Positions 10,142 through 19,874 of a stretch of 64,000 bases of DNA are shown one piece after another; the first letter of the stretch is position 1; each line of letters starts with the position of its first letter. Both the position numbers and the translations under genes were made by a program. Origin of the DNA: an uncultured bacterium. Lineage in GTDB: Bacteria; Zixibacteria; MSB-5A5; JAABVY01; JAHJOQ01. The stretch covers positions 43,225 to 107,224 of the forward strand of contig CBDUQR010000003.1 in the NCBI GenBank assembly GCA_965369655.1, written 5' to 3'. The notes beneath the pieces were generated by a model. It worked only from the letters and a program-made list of their open reading frames with translations. It had not been told where the DNA came from and made no database searches.

Positions 10142-10185
10142 GGTTCTACCTCCTTGTCATTGCACCGTGGGCGGCAGACGTCCCT

Positions 10186-10350
10186 TAGGTTGTACCACAA
10201 GACGCGAAAAGCAGGTAGTCACACCTGCGAAAGCAAATAGTGTCATTCCCGCGAAGGCCCTTCGCTGTGCTCAGGATATTACGGGAATCTATTGAATGCG
10301 TTATAGTTAAATGGACTCCCGCCTTCGCGGGAGTGACATAGGCCGCTTGA
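10186..10350 (+). mobile_element. Degenerate MITE-like element copy 1 (right TIR lost), inserted in a GTGGGCGGCAGAC REP
   Basis: Aligns by eye with 50898-51123. Degenerate TIR TAGGTTGTACC follows GTGGGCGGCAGACGTCCCT (10167-10185). Internal GTCATTCCCGCG...CGCGGGAGTGAC palindrome pair. Confidence 0.75.
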
Positions 10351-10363
10351 CCTACATAGACCA

Positions 10364-11128
10364 TCACTGTTCCACCCCCATTGAAGATCGAACATGCACT
10401 GCGTCGGCGAATTCAGAAAGCATATCCCAAGACGATTCTTTCTCGAAGTGATTTCCGATCACGACAAACGATGCACCTGAAATAACCTTGCTGTGAGCTT
10501 CCTCCGGACATTCGATACCGCCACCGACGATCACCGGGCGAGAGATGTACTCGGTCACTTCCTCGACCATCTCGTCGGGGACAGACTCTTTCGCGCCCGA
10601 CCCAGCCTCGAGATAGATCAGCTTCATCCCGAGATATTCACCAGCAAGAGCATGGACCTTCGCTATGTCCGGTTTGTCTCGCGGGATCGGTAGTGTGTTC
10701 GACATGAATTCCACCGAAGTGCGATTTCCCGAATCGACGAGTATATACCCAGTCGGTATCGCCTCGATGCCGCACGCTTTGACAGCAGGCGCGCCCTTGA
10801 CCTGCTCGGAAATCAAATAGTCGGGATTTCTCCCTGATATCAGCGATAAATACAGTATCGCGTCGGCTTCCGGCGCGATTTGTCTCCAGCTGCCGGGAAA
10901 GATAATCGCCGGAATTTCGGATACTCTCTTGATCGTTTTGATAATCTCGGATGCGTTCGCATCAGTCAGAAGTGATGTTCCCACGAGAAAGGCATCGACA
11001 CCCGCATCGACAGATTGCTCGACGAACGAAGGCAGACGATCCGCATTGACCCTATCCGGGTCGATCAATACGAGAAAACCAGCACCCTTCAGATTCCTGG
11101 TTTTCAACAGATGATCATAAACAATCAT
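10364..11128 (-). CDS. pcrB: Geranylgeranylglyceryl/heptaprenylglyceryl phosphate synthase (PcrB family, group II-like)
   Basis: 'LIDPD', 'FPG', 'SLISGRNPDYLI', 'YLEAGSGA', 'VGGGI', 'VIGN' motifs. Confidence 0.92.
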   Translation of the reverse strand: MIVYDHLLKTRNLKGAGFLVLIDPDRVNADRLPSFVEQSVDAGVDAFLVGTSLLTDANASEIIKTIKRVSEIPAIIFPGSWRQIAPEADAILYLSLISGRNPDYLISEQVKGAPAVKACGIEAIPTGYILVDSGNRTSVEFMSNTLPIPRDKPDIAKVHALAGEYLGMKLIYLEAGSGAKESVPDEMVEEVTEYISRPVIVGGGIECPEEAHSKVISGASFVVIGNHFEKESSWDMLSEFADAVHVRSSMGVEQ

Positions 11129-11168
11129 GTGACGTCCTCTTCTCTACGCCGTGGGCGGCAGACATCCC

Positions 11169-11367
11169 GAGGTTGTCCCAAGAGTGATGGTTGACTCAAG
11201 TGAGAAGCCAAGTCCGTCACTCCCGCGGAGGCGGGAGTCCATTTAACAAAAACGCATTCAATAGATTCCCGTAATATCCTGAGCACAGCGAAGAGCCTTC
11301 GCGGGAATGACCGTATTTTCTCTTTCAAGCATAATCACCTACTTTTCGGGTCTTTTAGGACAACCTC
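11169..11367 (-). mobile_element. MITE-like element copy 2 (inverted), overlapping the alaS 3' end
   Basis: Ends GAGGTTGTCCC (11169) and AGGACAACCTC (11367). Reverse complement aligns with 50898-51123. Preceded by the REP half GTGGGCGGCAGACATCCC. Confidence 0.8.
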
Positions 11368-13920
11368 TTTCAAAATCTGTTCCAGATCATCCAGACTGAA
11401 ACTCTTTTTCGAGCCTCCCTGTGCAAACGTATCTTTTCCACCGCCCCTGCCGTCGAGCTTTTCGTTCACGCTCTTTATGATCGACATCGCCGATACTCCG
11501 TCATCGGTAGCTGCTTTCGACACAGCGATGAAGTAATTGGAATCCTGCTTCATGCAAACGATGATCTTCCTCGAATCATTCTTAACATTATCGAGATACT
11601 GCTGCGCCTCTTTTCTGCCATCGATCTCGGCAGTCATGAAGTAATAATCGCCGGCCTGAGTCAGGTTGCCAAGATTCGATTTGATCTTCTGGTCACCGTC
11701 AGCCTGCTTGAACTTGTCGATCTCTTTCTGCTGTTCTTTGACCCTGCTGACTAAGTTCTCCACTCGATCCGTCAACTCAGACTGCGTCGATTTCAACAGA
11801 GCCGATATTCGCTGCACGCTGTCCCGATAATTCGACATGAGATGATACGCGCCCTCGCCCGTGACAGCCTCCATCCTGCGCATCCCCGCAGCGATAGCGG
11901 TCTCCTGAGTGATCGCAAACAACCCAATCTCGCCGGTCGATTTTACATGCGTGCCGCCGCACAACTCGCGGGAGTAGTCATCTATTTCCACCATCCTGAC
12001 TCGCTCGCCATATTTCTCGCCGAACAGCGCCATCGCGCCGGCAGCCTTCGCATTTTCGAGCGACGTTACTTTCCATGTCACAGGATAATTGGCCATGATT
12101 GATTCGTTTACGCGCTGTTCTATCCGCTTCAGTTCATCCGGCGTCACCGCCTTGAAATGCGTGAAATCAAAGCGCAGTCTTTCGGGATCGACATGCGATC
12201 CAGACTGCTCGACATGCTCGCCGAGGACCTCACGCAGTGCCTTGTGAACAAGATGCGTCGCGGTGTGGTTGCGGGCAATCGCCTTCCTGCGTTTCACATC
12301 AATCTCTGCACAAACTTTCTCAGTCTCCAATGCACGGATGTCGCCCTGCAGATTCTTCCCGATGTGAAGTATTGCCTCACCACTTTTCAGAGTATCAAGT
12401 ACTTCAAAAATAAGCCCATCAGCTACTAATCTGCCTGTATCGCCAACCTGTCCTCCCGACTCGCCGTAGAATGGCGTCTTGTCCAGCAGCACTTCCAGCC
12501 TGCTATCCTCCCGCTCCTTCACCTTTAGCACGGTGACCTCACTGCATTGCACTGAAGAATAGCCGGCAAATTCGCTCTCTTCCTTATACGAACTAACAAT
12601 GAAACCTACTGAACCGCGCGCTTCTCTGCTTCGGCGTTTTTGTTCGGCCATGTACTTCTCAAAACCCGGCATATCGATTTTCAAATCGTTCTCGCGAGCC
12701 ATGACCTCAGTCAGATCAGGAGGAAATCCATAAGTATCGCACAGTTTGAACACATCGTTTCCCGGAATGGTGTCGCTTCCCTCAGACTTCACTTTCTTCG
12801 CGACCTTGTCGAACAGCGCGAGACCGTTGTCGAGCGTCTCATTGAATCGTTCCTCTTCTCCCCGTATCAACTCGGTAACGTGCTTAGCTTTCGATTCGAG
12901 TTCCGGATAGGCGCCACCCATTATTTCTCGAACGACAGGCGTCAATTTATACACAAACGGTTCCTGAACACCGAGCAGTCTCCCGTGACGCGCAGCTCTT
13001 CTGAGAATGCGGCGCAACACATATCCCCTGCCCTCGTTGGATGGCACTGCGCCATCGGAGAACGCAAATGTCAATGCCCTGAGATGATCGGCGACCACTC
13101 GGAACGATGTCCCTTCTGGACCCGCTTCATATTTCCTGCCGCAGCGACTTTCCAGCGCACCGATAATCGGCATGAACAGATCGGTATCGAAATTTGTCTC
13201 TGCATCCTGCAGTATACAAACAATTCTTTCGAGACCCGCGCCCGTGTCTATCGACGGCCTCGGCAATGGCGTGACGTTGCCGGCGGCGTCTTTGTCGAAC
13301 TGCATGAACACGAGGTTCCATATCTCCACGAATCGATCTGTCTCGCCATTCACGACATCATTCGGACCGTTTCCGTAACCCTCACCCCTGTCGAAATGAA
13401 TCTCGGCGCACGGTCCGCACGGCCCGGCGTCACCCATCGACCAGTAATTCTCTTTCTCATCGAATCTGAGAATCCGACCTTTCAGCTCAGGAACGATCTT
13501 CTCCCACAGCTCATACGCCTCGTCATCGTCCTGAAACACGGTCGCCCAGAGGCGGTCTTTCGGCAGTTCGACAACTTTTGTCATGAATTCCCATGCGAAT
13601 TCGATTGCCTCAGCCTTGAAATAGTCGCCGAAAGAAAAATTGCCGAGCATCTCGAAAAACGTATGGTGTCGCGGTGTCTCACCCACATTTTCGAGATCAT
13701 TGTGTTTGCCGCCGGCGCGAATACATTTCTGACTCGATGCAGCCCGCTTATACGGCCTCTTTTCATCGCCGGTGAAAACCAGCTTGAACTGATTCATACC
13801 GGCATTGGTGAACAGGAGCGTCGGATCATCGACAGGAATCAGCGATGACGACGGGATTACCTTGTGATCGTGCCTCTCAAAATAATCGAGAAAAGACTGT
13901 CTGACTTCCGAACTCTTCAT
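11335..13920 (-). CDS. alaS: Alanine--tRNA ligase
   Basis: 'DPTLLFTNAGMNQFK', 'HHTFFEMLGNFSFGDYFK', editing 'HTATH...ELCGGTH', C-Ala 'GRGGGK'. Confidence 0.99.
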   Translation of the reverse strand: MKSSEVRQSFLDYFERHDHKVIPSSSLIPVDDPTLLFTNAGMNQFKLVFTGDEKRPYKRAASSQKCIRAGGKHNDLENVGETPRHHTFFEMLGNFSFGDYFKAEAIEFAWEFMTKVVELPKDRLWATVFQDDDEAYELWEKIVPELKGRILRFDEKENYWSMGDAGPCGPCAEIHFDRGEGYGNGPNDVVNGETDRFVEIWNLVFMQFDKDAAGNVTPLPRPSIDTGAGLERIVCILQDAETNFDTDLFMPIIGALESRCGRKYEAGPEGTSFRVVADHLRALTFAFSDGAVPSNEGRGYVLRRILRRAARHGRLLGVQEPFVYKLTPVVREIMGGAYPELESKAKHVTELIRGEEERFNETLDNGLALFDKVAKKVKSEGSDTIPGNDVFKLCDTYGFPPDLTEVMARENDLKIDMPGFEKYMAEQKRRSREARGSVGFIVSSYKEESEFAGYSSVQCSEVTVLKVKEREDSRLEVLLDKTPFYGESGGQVGDTGRLVADGLIFEVLDTLKSGEAILHIGKNLQGDIRALETEKVCAEIDVKRRKAIARNHTATHLVHKALREVLGEHVEQSGSHVDPERLRFDFTHFKAVTPDELKRIEQRVNESIMANYPVTWKVTSLENAKAAGAMALFGEKYGERVRMVEIDDYSRELCGGTHVKSTGEIGLFAITQETAIAAGMRRMEAVTGEGAYHLMSNYRDSVQRISALLKSTQSELTDRVENLVSRVKEQQKEIDKFKQADGDQKIKSNLGNLTQAGDYYFMTAEIDGRKEAQQYLDNVKNDSRKIIVCMKQDSNYFIAVSKAATDDGVSAMSIIKSVNEKLDGRGGGKDTFAQGGSKKSFSLDDLEQILKEVVLKDPKSR

Positions 13921-13971
13921 GATTCAACAAACTTCCCGACATCCCCTCCAGACACAGGTCTTAAGAGAGAT

Positions 13972-14631
13972 TCACTGATCGTTGTCCGGGCAGAATTCCC
14001 TGAGAAATCTCGCGGATGCGCCCATAATCGTCTCCGAACTGAACCCGCGATACCGCAGAAAATTGTTTATTTTTCGCTTTGTGTCAACCGAATTGTCCCG
14101 AAGGAATCTACTCGGTCGTCTTTCGAGAAGCTCAAACGCAAGATTTGTCTCATCCGTTCCCGACAGCTTCTCGTCCAGCACGTGGGCGATCACCGACCTG
14201 GACACTCCTTTAGCGGCAAGCTCAGCCTCGAGCATTCGTCTGCTTCTCGGCTTTAGCGCCATTCTGCTGCTTATCCAATCCTCGGCAAATTTCTCGTCGG
14301 ATACATAACCATTCTTCCTGAATTCCGCGATCAGGGAATCGATACGCTCATGGTCGTATCCTCTCTGCCTGAGTTTCTGGATCAACTCTTTCTCGGAATG
14401 TGATCGGCGGGAGAGAATCCGGTATGCTGTATCTCGAAGCTTCTGATCGGTCAGCGATTCTTTGAGTTGATTGAGTTCCGATGATGAGAGGGTTCTTCCA
14501 TCCCTGAGCCCAAGTTGAGCCAGCATGCTGCTGTCGACAGAGGCGAAGAACTCCCCATCAATATAGACTGAAAACCTGCCCGATACTCTCTTTGAAGGAA
14601 TAATCGCTGTTACGGCAGTTCGGCTTCTCAA
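13972..14631 (-). CDS. recX: Regulatory protein RecX
   Basis: '[11 protein letters not shown]', 'DEKFA', 'FLRYRGF'; directly downstream of recA. Confidence 0.92.
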   Translation of the reverse strand: MRSRTAVTAIIPSKRVSGRFSVYIDGEFFASVDSSMLAQLGLRDGRTLSSSELNQLKESLTDQKLRDTAYRILSRRSHSEKELIQKLRQRGYDHERIDSLIAEFRKNGYVSDEKFAEDWISSRMALKPRSRRMLEAELAAKGVSRSVIAHVLDEKLSGTDETNLAFELLERRPSRFLRDNSVDTKRKINNFLRYRGFSSETIMGASARFLREFCPDNDQ

Positions 14632-15671
14632 GTCTTGCTTTCGTCGTCCTTCTTATCGGGCTCTGTCTTTGTGCCAAACAGGGCATCTCTGACACGACTG
14701 GCTAACTCGTCTCGCAATTCCTTGTTCTCGTCAAGGAATGCTTTGACATTCTCACGACCCTGGCCGAGCCTGTCGCCACCGTACGAGTACCATGCGCCCG
14801 ATTTGTCCACAATGCCATGCTCGGCGGCGATATCGACTATCTCGCCTTCGAGAGATATTCCCTTGCCGTAGATTATGTCGAATTCCGCCTGCTTGAACGG
14901 GGACGCGACTTTGTTCTTGACCACTCGCACCCGCGTGCGAGAGCCTATGATACTCTCGCCATCCTTGAGCGCCGAGATCCTCCGGATGTCCAACCTGACT
15001 GTCGAATAGAATTTGAGGGCATTGCCGCCAGTCGTCGTCTCGGGGTTCCCGAACATAACTCCGATCTTCATGCGAATCTGATTTATGAAAAGCAGGCTTG
15101 TTTTCGATTTCGAGACAGTCCCGGTCAGCTTCCTGAGCGCCTGAGACATCAGTCTCGCCTGGAGCCCCATGTGCGCATCGCCCATCTCGCCCTCGATCTC
15201 GGCACGCGGAACCAGCGCGGCGACAGAGTCAATCACCACAATATCGACAGCGCCGGACCTTATCAGTGTGTCGGTGATCTCGAGCGCCTGTTCGCCATGA
15301 TCCGGCTGCGAGATCAGCAGATTGTCAGTATCTACGCCAAGAGCCTTTGCGTATAATGCATCGAGAGCATGCTCTGCATCGATGAATGCAGCGATCCCGC
15401 CCTGTTTCTGAGCTTCGGCGATAATATGCAGGGCGAGTGTGGTCTTGCCCGACGCCTCGGGACCATAGATTTCTGTGACACGTCCGCGCGGGATACCGCC
15501 GACGCCGAGCGCATAATCCAATCCGAGCGATCCGGTCGGGATTATCTGCAGACCCTCTACCCGCTGGTCTGATCCGAGCCTCATTATCGAGCCTTTTCCG
15601 AACTGGCGCTCGATCTGGACTACAGCCTGGTCCAGCGCTTTCTTCTTGTCGGGTACAGCCTGATTACCCAT
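14628..15671 (-). CDS. recA: Recombinase A
   Basis: 'GPEASGKTT', 'DSVAALVP', '[14 protein letters not shown]', 'GGNALKFY'. Confidence 0.99.
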   Translation of the reverse strand: MGNQAVPDKKKALDQAVVQIERQFGKGSIMRLGSDQRVEGLQIIPTGSLGLDYALGVGGIPRGRVTEIYGPEASGKTTLALHIIAEAQKQGGIAAFIDAEHALDALYAKALGVDTDNLLISQPDHGEQALEITDTLIRSGAVDIVVIDSVAALVPRAEIEGEMGDAHMGLQARLMSQALRKLTGTVSKSKTSLLFINQIRMKIGVMFGNPETTTGGNALKFYSTVRLDIRRISALKDGESIIGSRTRVRVVKNKVASPFKQAEFDIIYGKGISLEGEIVDIAAEHGIVDKSGAWYSYGGDRLGQGRENVKAFLDENKELRDELASRVRDALFGTKTEPDKKDDESKT

Positions 15672-15673
15672 TA

Positions 15674-16252
15674 TCAGTCTCCTTGTGTATTTAGCAGATC
15701 AAATGTTTTCAATGGCGTATATATCGGTCCCTCGGGACGCAACGTGCTCCGATATAAGACGACTTCGGTAACTAATGAACTCTCCGATACAAAGTCAATC
15801 ACGGATAGCTCGTTCATTAAGATATCTATATTCCTGTTGTCCTTGACCCTGCCAATCGTCAGATGCGCGGAGAACCTGCGCTTCTCCGGTTTGAATCCGA
15901 ACGGCCTGACCGCTTGATCTATCCTGCTCGACAATGCCCTCAGGCTCTCGTATCCTTCTTTAATGCCCGCCCAGATAACCCGAGGATTTCGAGCATTTGG
16001 AAACTGCCCAACCCCTTCGAGTGAGAAATCGAAAGAGAGGCTGTCTCCGATGGCATTCTCGATAGACTCATATATCTGTGGAAAGATATCTTCGTCGGTA
16101 TCCCCGAGAAACTTCAGGGTGATATGAAGGTTCTCCGGTTTGACCCACTTGACGCGAACATCGAGTTTTTTGAATCTTTCAAGAATACCTGCGACTGCTT
16201 GTCTCTGCTGGTCGGAAATATTCACTGCCACGAATGCACGCACCATAGTCAC
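15674..16252 (-). CDS. thpR: RNA 2',3'-cyclic phosphodiesterase (2H phosphoesterase)
   Basis: Two HxT motifs ([14 protein letters not shown]); cinA-thpR-recA context. Confidence 0.92.
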   Translation of the reverse strand: MTMVRAFVAVNISDQQRQAVAGILERFKKLDVRVKWVKPENLHITLKFLGDTDEDIFPQIYESIENAIGDSLSFDFSLEGVGQFPNARNPRVIWAGIKEGYESLRALSSRIDQAVRPFGFKPEKRRFSAHLTIGRVKDNRNIDILMNELSVIDFVSESSLVTEVVLYRSTLRPEGPIYTPLKTFDLLNTQGD

Positions 16253-17487
16253 ACCCCCAGAATTCGCTTCCTGAGCAGATTCAGGAGAGTATATGCGGAC
16301 CTGATACGGATAACATCGCGGTCGCCGGAGAATGATCGTTTCGTCACACTGACTCCTCCGCTGTCAGCCACACCGAGATAGACAAGGCCAATCGGTTTTT
16401 CGTCGGTCCCGCCCCCCGGTCCAGCGATTCCAGTCGACGCGAGAGCGTAGTCAGTACCGGCAGTATGTCTCATGCCTTCCACCATCTGGCGGCAAACCTC
16501 TTCTGAGACAGCGCCGCACGATTCAATAGTTTTGGGATTGACCTCAAGCCGGTCTATCTTCGCCTCGTTGGCGTATGCTACCACACCCTGTATGAAATAC
16601 TCCGAACTTCCGGGAATATCGGTCAGCAGCTTCGCAATGATTCCGCCGGTACATGACTCTGCAACGGAAACAGTGGCACTATTCTCTCTAAGCAGACCCG
16701 CGACTTTTTCCACAAGATTCTCGGAATCGGTCGAGAAAACAAATTCTTTGACAATCTCGCATACTCTTGAGACGTTTTTGTTCAGTATCTCGCGAATTTC
16801 TTCTTCGTTCTCGCCTTCGGCGCGCAATCGAATCAGAATACCAGAATATGACGGCAGAAACGCGAGCCTGATTCCATCGGGTCGATATCCCGCTTCCTTC
16901 AGCCTTGCGGCGAGCTTGGATTCAGGCATACCGAATGTCGAAATATCCTGATAGACTATGACATTGCCTGTTCCTCTTCTCTTGAGAAACGGAATTAGTC
17001 CATGATCCACGAGTGCTCGCATCTCTGATGGCACCCCCGGCAGCGAACAGAAGAGGGTCTCCTTGCGCTCAAATACTATACCCGGTGCGGTCCCGAGGGG
17101 ATTGGTCAACAGGTGTGCGCCTTCAGGCTGAAGCGACATCTCTCTTGCAATATCTGACATGGTCATACCGAGCTGCCTGTAACGGGCCTTGAGTACTTCG
17201 AGGGTCTCCTCATGCTCTACAAGACGAGTGTCAAATGCCTCGCAGATGACTTCTTTTGTGATGTCATCGTCGGTAGGCCCGAGACCGCCTGTGACTACTA
17301 CAAGATCATATTCCTCAAGCGCCAGATTGATCTCGCGCAGCATATCTTCGCGGATGTCGCCAACCGATGATAGCTTCCTGACATCGACGCCGATTGCTAT
17401 CAGCGCCTTTGCAATATACGTGGCATTTGTGTCGACAGTGGCGCCGGAGAGTATCTCGTCACCGATTGTTATGATTATTGCGTCCAT
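16249..17487 (-). CDS. cinA: Competence/damage-inducible protein CinA (MoCF-like domain + NMN deamidase)
   Basis: 'IGDEILSG...DTN', 'GGLGPTDDD', 'LPGVPSEM', 'AESCTGG', 'TGIAGPGGG'. Confidence 0.96.
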   Translation of the reverse strand: MDAIIITIGDEILSGATVDTNATYIAKALIAIGVDVRKLSSVGDIREDMLREINLALEEYDLVVVTGGLGPTDDDITKEVICEAFDTRLVEHEETLEVLKARYRQLGMTMSDIAREMSLQPEGAHLLTNPLGTAPGIVFERKETLFCSLPGVPSEMRALVDHGLIPFLKRRGTGNVIVYQDISTFGMPESKLAARLKEAGYRPDGIRLAFLPSYSGILIRLRAEGENEEEIREILNKNVSRVCEIVKEFVFSTDSENLVEKVAGLLRENSATVSVAESCTGGIIAKLLTDIPGSSEYFIQGVVAYANEAKIDRLEVNPKTIESCGAVSEEVCRQMVEGMRHTAGTDYALASTGIAGPGGGTDEKPIGLVYLGVADSGGVSVTKRSFSGDRDVIRIRSAYTLLNLLRKRILGV

Positions 17488-17493
17488 GCCAGC

Positions 17494-17937
17494 CTAAGTC
17501 AGATAGATCACAACCTGCAGGAGCAGGTTCGCGTAAATACCGGCAACAATATCGTCGATTGTCACGCCCCAGCCTGATGGCAGGGATTCAGCCTGTCGCG
17601 CAGGAAACGGTTTCAGTACGTCCATTGCGCGAAAGAACACAAACCCCACCAAGTAATAATACCATACTCGCGGTACGAACACAAGGGTTACAAGCATCCC
17701 GGCGATTTCGTCTATTACTATCGGCTTGGCGTCATGCCCGAAGTCTTTCTCCGCGAATGAAGCGAGCACGATCGAGAGTATTGTCGCCACGACAGCCATC
17801 AGCGCCTGATAAATGACCGGCACATCGAAGAAAAATATGCAGATTATCAGGCCGGGAAGCGTTCCCCATGTCCCCGGAATGATCGGGAATTCACCGGTGT
17901 AGAATCCTGTAACAAGCAGTCGCACAACAGATTTCAT
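17494..17937 (-). CDS. pgpA: Phosphatidylglycerophosphatase A
   Basis: 'PGTWGT', 'IVIDEIAG', 'FRAMDVLKPFP', 'DDIVAG'. Confidence 0.95.
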   Translation of the reverse strand: MKSVVRLLVTGFYTGEFPIIPGTWGTLPGLIICIFFFDVPVIYQALMAVVATILSIVLASFAEKDFGHDAKPIVIDEIAGMLVTLVFVPRVWYYYLVGFVFFRAMDVLKPFPARQAESLPSGWGVTIDDIVAGIYANLLLQVVIYLT

Positions 17938-18525
17938 CTACGACAGCGTACCTTTCAGCAAGTAGAAGTTCTTCACGACATAATCGATACCGGACCATAC
18001 AGTCACGACCATCGTGACGAACAGCATGATGTCAAATGTAGTAATCACTCTGGGGTCCGTGAATATCCCCCAGTTGATATCCCAAACCGGCAGGAAAGTC
18101 TTGAGGTTAATATAGACGAGAATCACCCCGACAACTGTCATCTGAAGGAATGTCTTCACCTTCGCGAAACCGCTGGTCATGATTACCACTCCTTTGTATG
18201 CAGCGAGCGATCTCAGGCCGGTAATGAAAAAATCGCGCGCGATGATTGGCACCACCATCCATGTGCGGGCGTAACCGAGAGCGATAAACGCGATCAGGGC
18301 GGACGATACGAGTATCTTATCCGCCAGCGGGTCCATGAACTTGCCAAACCCTGTGGTAATGTTATATTTGCGTGCGAGCCAGCCATCGACGAGATCGGTC
18401 AGCGCCGCAATCGCGAATATGATCAGCGCCGCGAGCCGTGCATAGACATTGTCGATGAGAAACAGGAACACAAACAGCGGGGCAAGGAATATCCTGGTGA
18501 GTGTGAGACGGTTCGGCCAGTTCAT
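17938..18525 (-). CDS. pgsA: CDP-diacylglycerol--glycerol-3-phosphate 3-phosphatidyltransferase
   Basis: 'PNRLTLTR' and the CDP-alcohol motif 'DLVDGWLAR...GKFMDPLADK'. Confidence 0.95.
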   Translation of the reverse strand: MNWPNRLTLTRIFLAPLFVFLFLIDNVYARLAALIIFAIAALTDLVDGWLARKYNITTGFGKFMDPLADKILVSSALIAFIALGYARTWMVVPIIARDFFITGLRSLAAYKGVVIMTSGFAKVKTFLQMTVVGVILVYINLKTFLPVWDINWGIFTDPRVITTFDIMLFVTMVVTVWSGIDYVVKNFYLLKGTLS

Positions 18526-18546
18526 ATACGGCTTCTCAAATGCGGT

Positions 18547-18575
18547 AAGCTATCGGATATAGGAGTACGTGTCAA
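18547..18575 (-). promoter_or_regulatory. Putative sigma70 promoter of the pgsA operon
   Basis: Minus strand TTGACA-N17-TAGCTT. Confidence 0.6.
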
Positions 18576-18641
18576 GTTCATAGACTCTTGGGTTTTAGGA
18601 AAAGCATCTTACTTGTAAGCACCCATCCGTTCACCACTCTC

Positions 18642-19790
18642 TTAAGCTTCCTCGAGTACTTCGAAAATGTCCGGCGCCACGTATTTCTTGGGACGTACAC
18701 TCTTTTGGGATTCTTGGAGAATGCCAACCTCAACAAGCTTGGAGACCGCTGTCTTGACAGTTGGATAACTAACATTCCAATGGTGGCTAAGCTCTGATAT
18801 CGACACTACAGGATTAAGAAAAAGTTCTTCCATGGCTCGTATAGTATTTTTCGGCAACCTGCTTCCCTCGAGCTTTTCTAAATAGTCTAAACGTAACTTA
18901 ATCAACTTGTCCGACAAGTCGGTGGCATGATCTGCTTGAGTAATGATTGCCCTGAGAAAAAACTCAATCCACTCTCGCCATCGGCCCTCCCTGCTGACCG
19001 AAAGGAGATGGCTGTAATACTCATTGCGATGCCTTTCAAAAAACGCACTCAAATAAAGCAATGGCTGTGAAAGGTATCCCCGTGAGCATAGGAATAATGC
19101 AATCAACAGTCGTCCAATACGTCCATTCCCATCAATAAAAGGATGAATCGCTTCGAATTGATAATGCATGAGAGCGCATTTGATCAACGGGGATTCATCT
19201 GATACGTCGTTCATGTACTTCTCCCAGTCTGAGATAGCATCTTTCATCTCAGCAACTGGTGGAGGAACATACGTGGCATCTTTCAGCAAACAGCCGGGTG
19301 ATCCAATCCAGTTCTGTGTGGTTCGGAATTCGCCGGGATATACTTCACAGCCCCGCACGCCTTGAGTCAGGATTTCGTGTATGTCCCGAATCAAGCGACC
19401 ACATATTGGGAGCTCTTTGATTCCTTCCAACCCTGCTTCCATTGCCCGAATGTAGTTCCTGACCTCCTTCACATCACTGTTTACTCCAGAGACTCGAGAA
19501 GTTGCCTCGTCGAAGTATACATCGCTCAGCGTAGCCTCAGTACCTTCAATGCGCGAACTGAGCACCGCTTCGATTCTTAAGAATGGTCCTATGAGAAGAT
19601 ATGGGTTGGGTAAATGCTTTCCCACACCTGAGAGCAATCCTAACTTACGATCCGCCTCAGAGAGAAGAGCGACAAGATCGCTGTCATAGTCAAGCTTGGG
19701 AGGCAGGGGATTAGGAATGAATGCCCAATATTTAGCAGGTGTTTTTACAACTCTACCTGCTCCGCTTGCTTTGAAATCCTCAGGGTTCAT
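18642..19790 (-). CDS. Fic family protein (class II, N-terminal inhibitory helix, C-terminal wHTH)
   Basis: Canonical HPFIDGNGRIGR motif, inhibitory SSRIEG motif, C-terminal HTH-like 'SISELSHHWNVSYPTVKTAVSKLVEVGIL'. Confidence 0.93.
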   Translation of the reverse strand: MNPEDFKASGAGRVVKTPAKYWAFIPNPLPPKLDYDSDLVALLSEADRKLGLLSGVGKHLPNPYLLIGPFLRIEAVLSSRIEGTEATLSDVYFDEATSRVSGVNSDVKEVRNYIRAMEAGLEGIKELPICGRLIRDIHEILTQGVRGCEVYPGEFRTTQNWIGSPGCLLKDATYVPPPVAEMKDAISDWEKYMNDVSDESPLIKCALMHYQFEAIHPFIDGNGRIGRLLIALFLCSRGYLSQPLLYLSAFFERHRNEYYSHLLSVSREGRWREWIEFFLRAIITQADHATDLSDKLIKLRLDYLEKLEGSRLPKNTIRAMEELFLNPVVSISELSHHWNVSYPTVKTAVSKLVEVGILQESQKSVRPKKYVAPDIFEVLEEA

Positions 19791-19874
19791 CGGTAATTCC
19801 CCTCATTCAGATCTGACTCTGTTTCAAGAGCACTCTCAGACCTGATTCTATTCAGCAAAATTTGAAATGCTGCC

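Noticed and set aside
10185-10367. Small ORFs at 10071-10367, 11125-11328 and 50749-51026
   Set aside because: They are translations of MITE/REP sequence (VIPAKA, TPASAGVT peptides), not independent genes.
12640-13848. 402-aa plus-strand ORF and many other long antisense ORFs (e.g. 6364-6996, 34395-35108, 39960-40598, 54142-54989)
   Set aside because: They are shadows of well-supported genes on the opposite strand and have no recognisable motifs.
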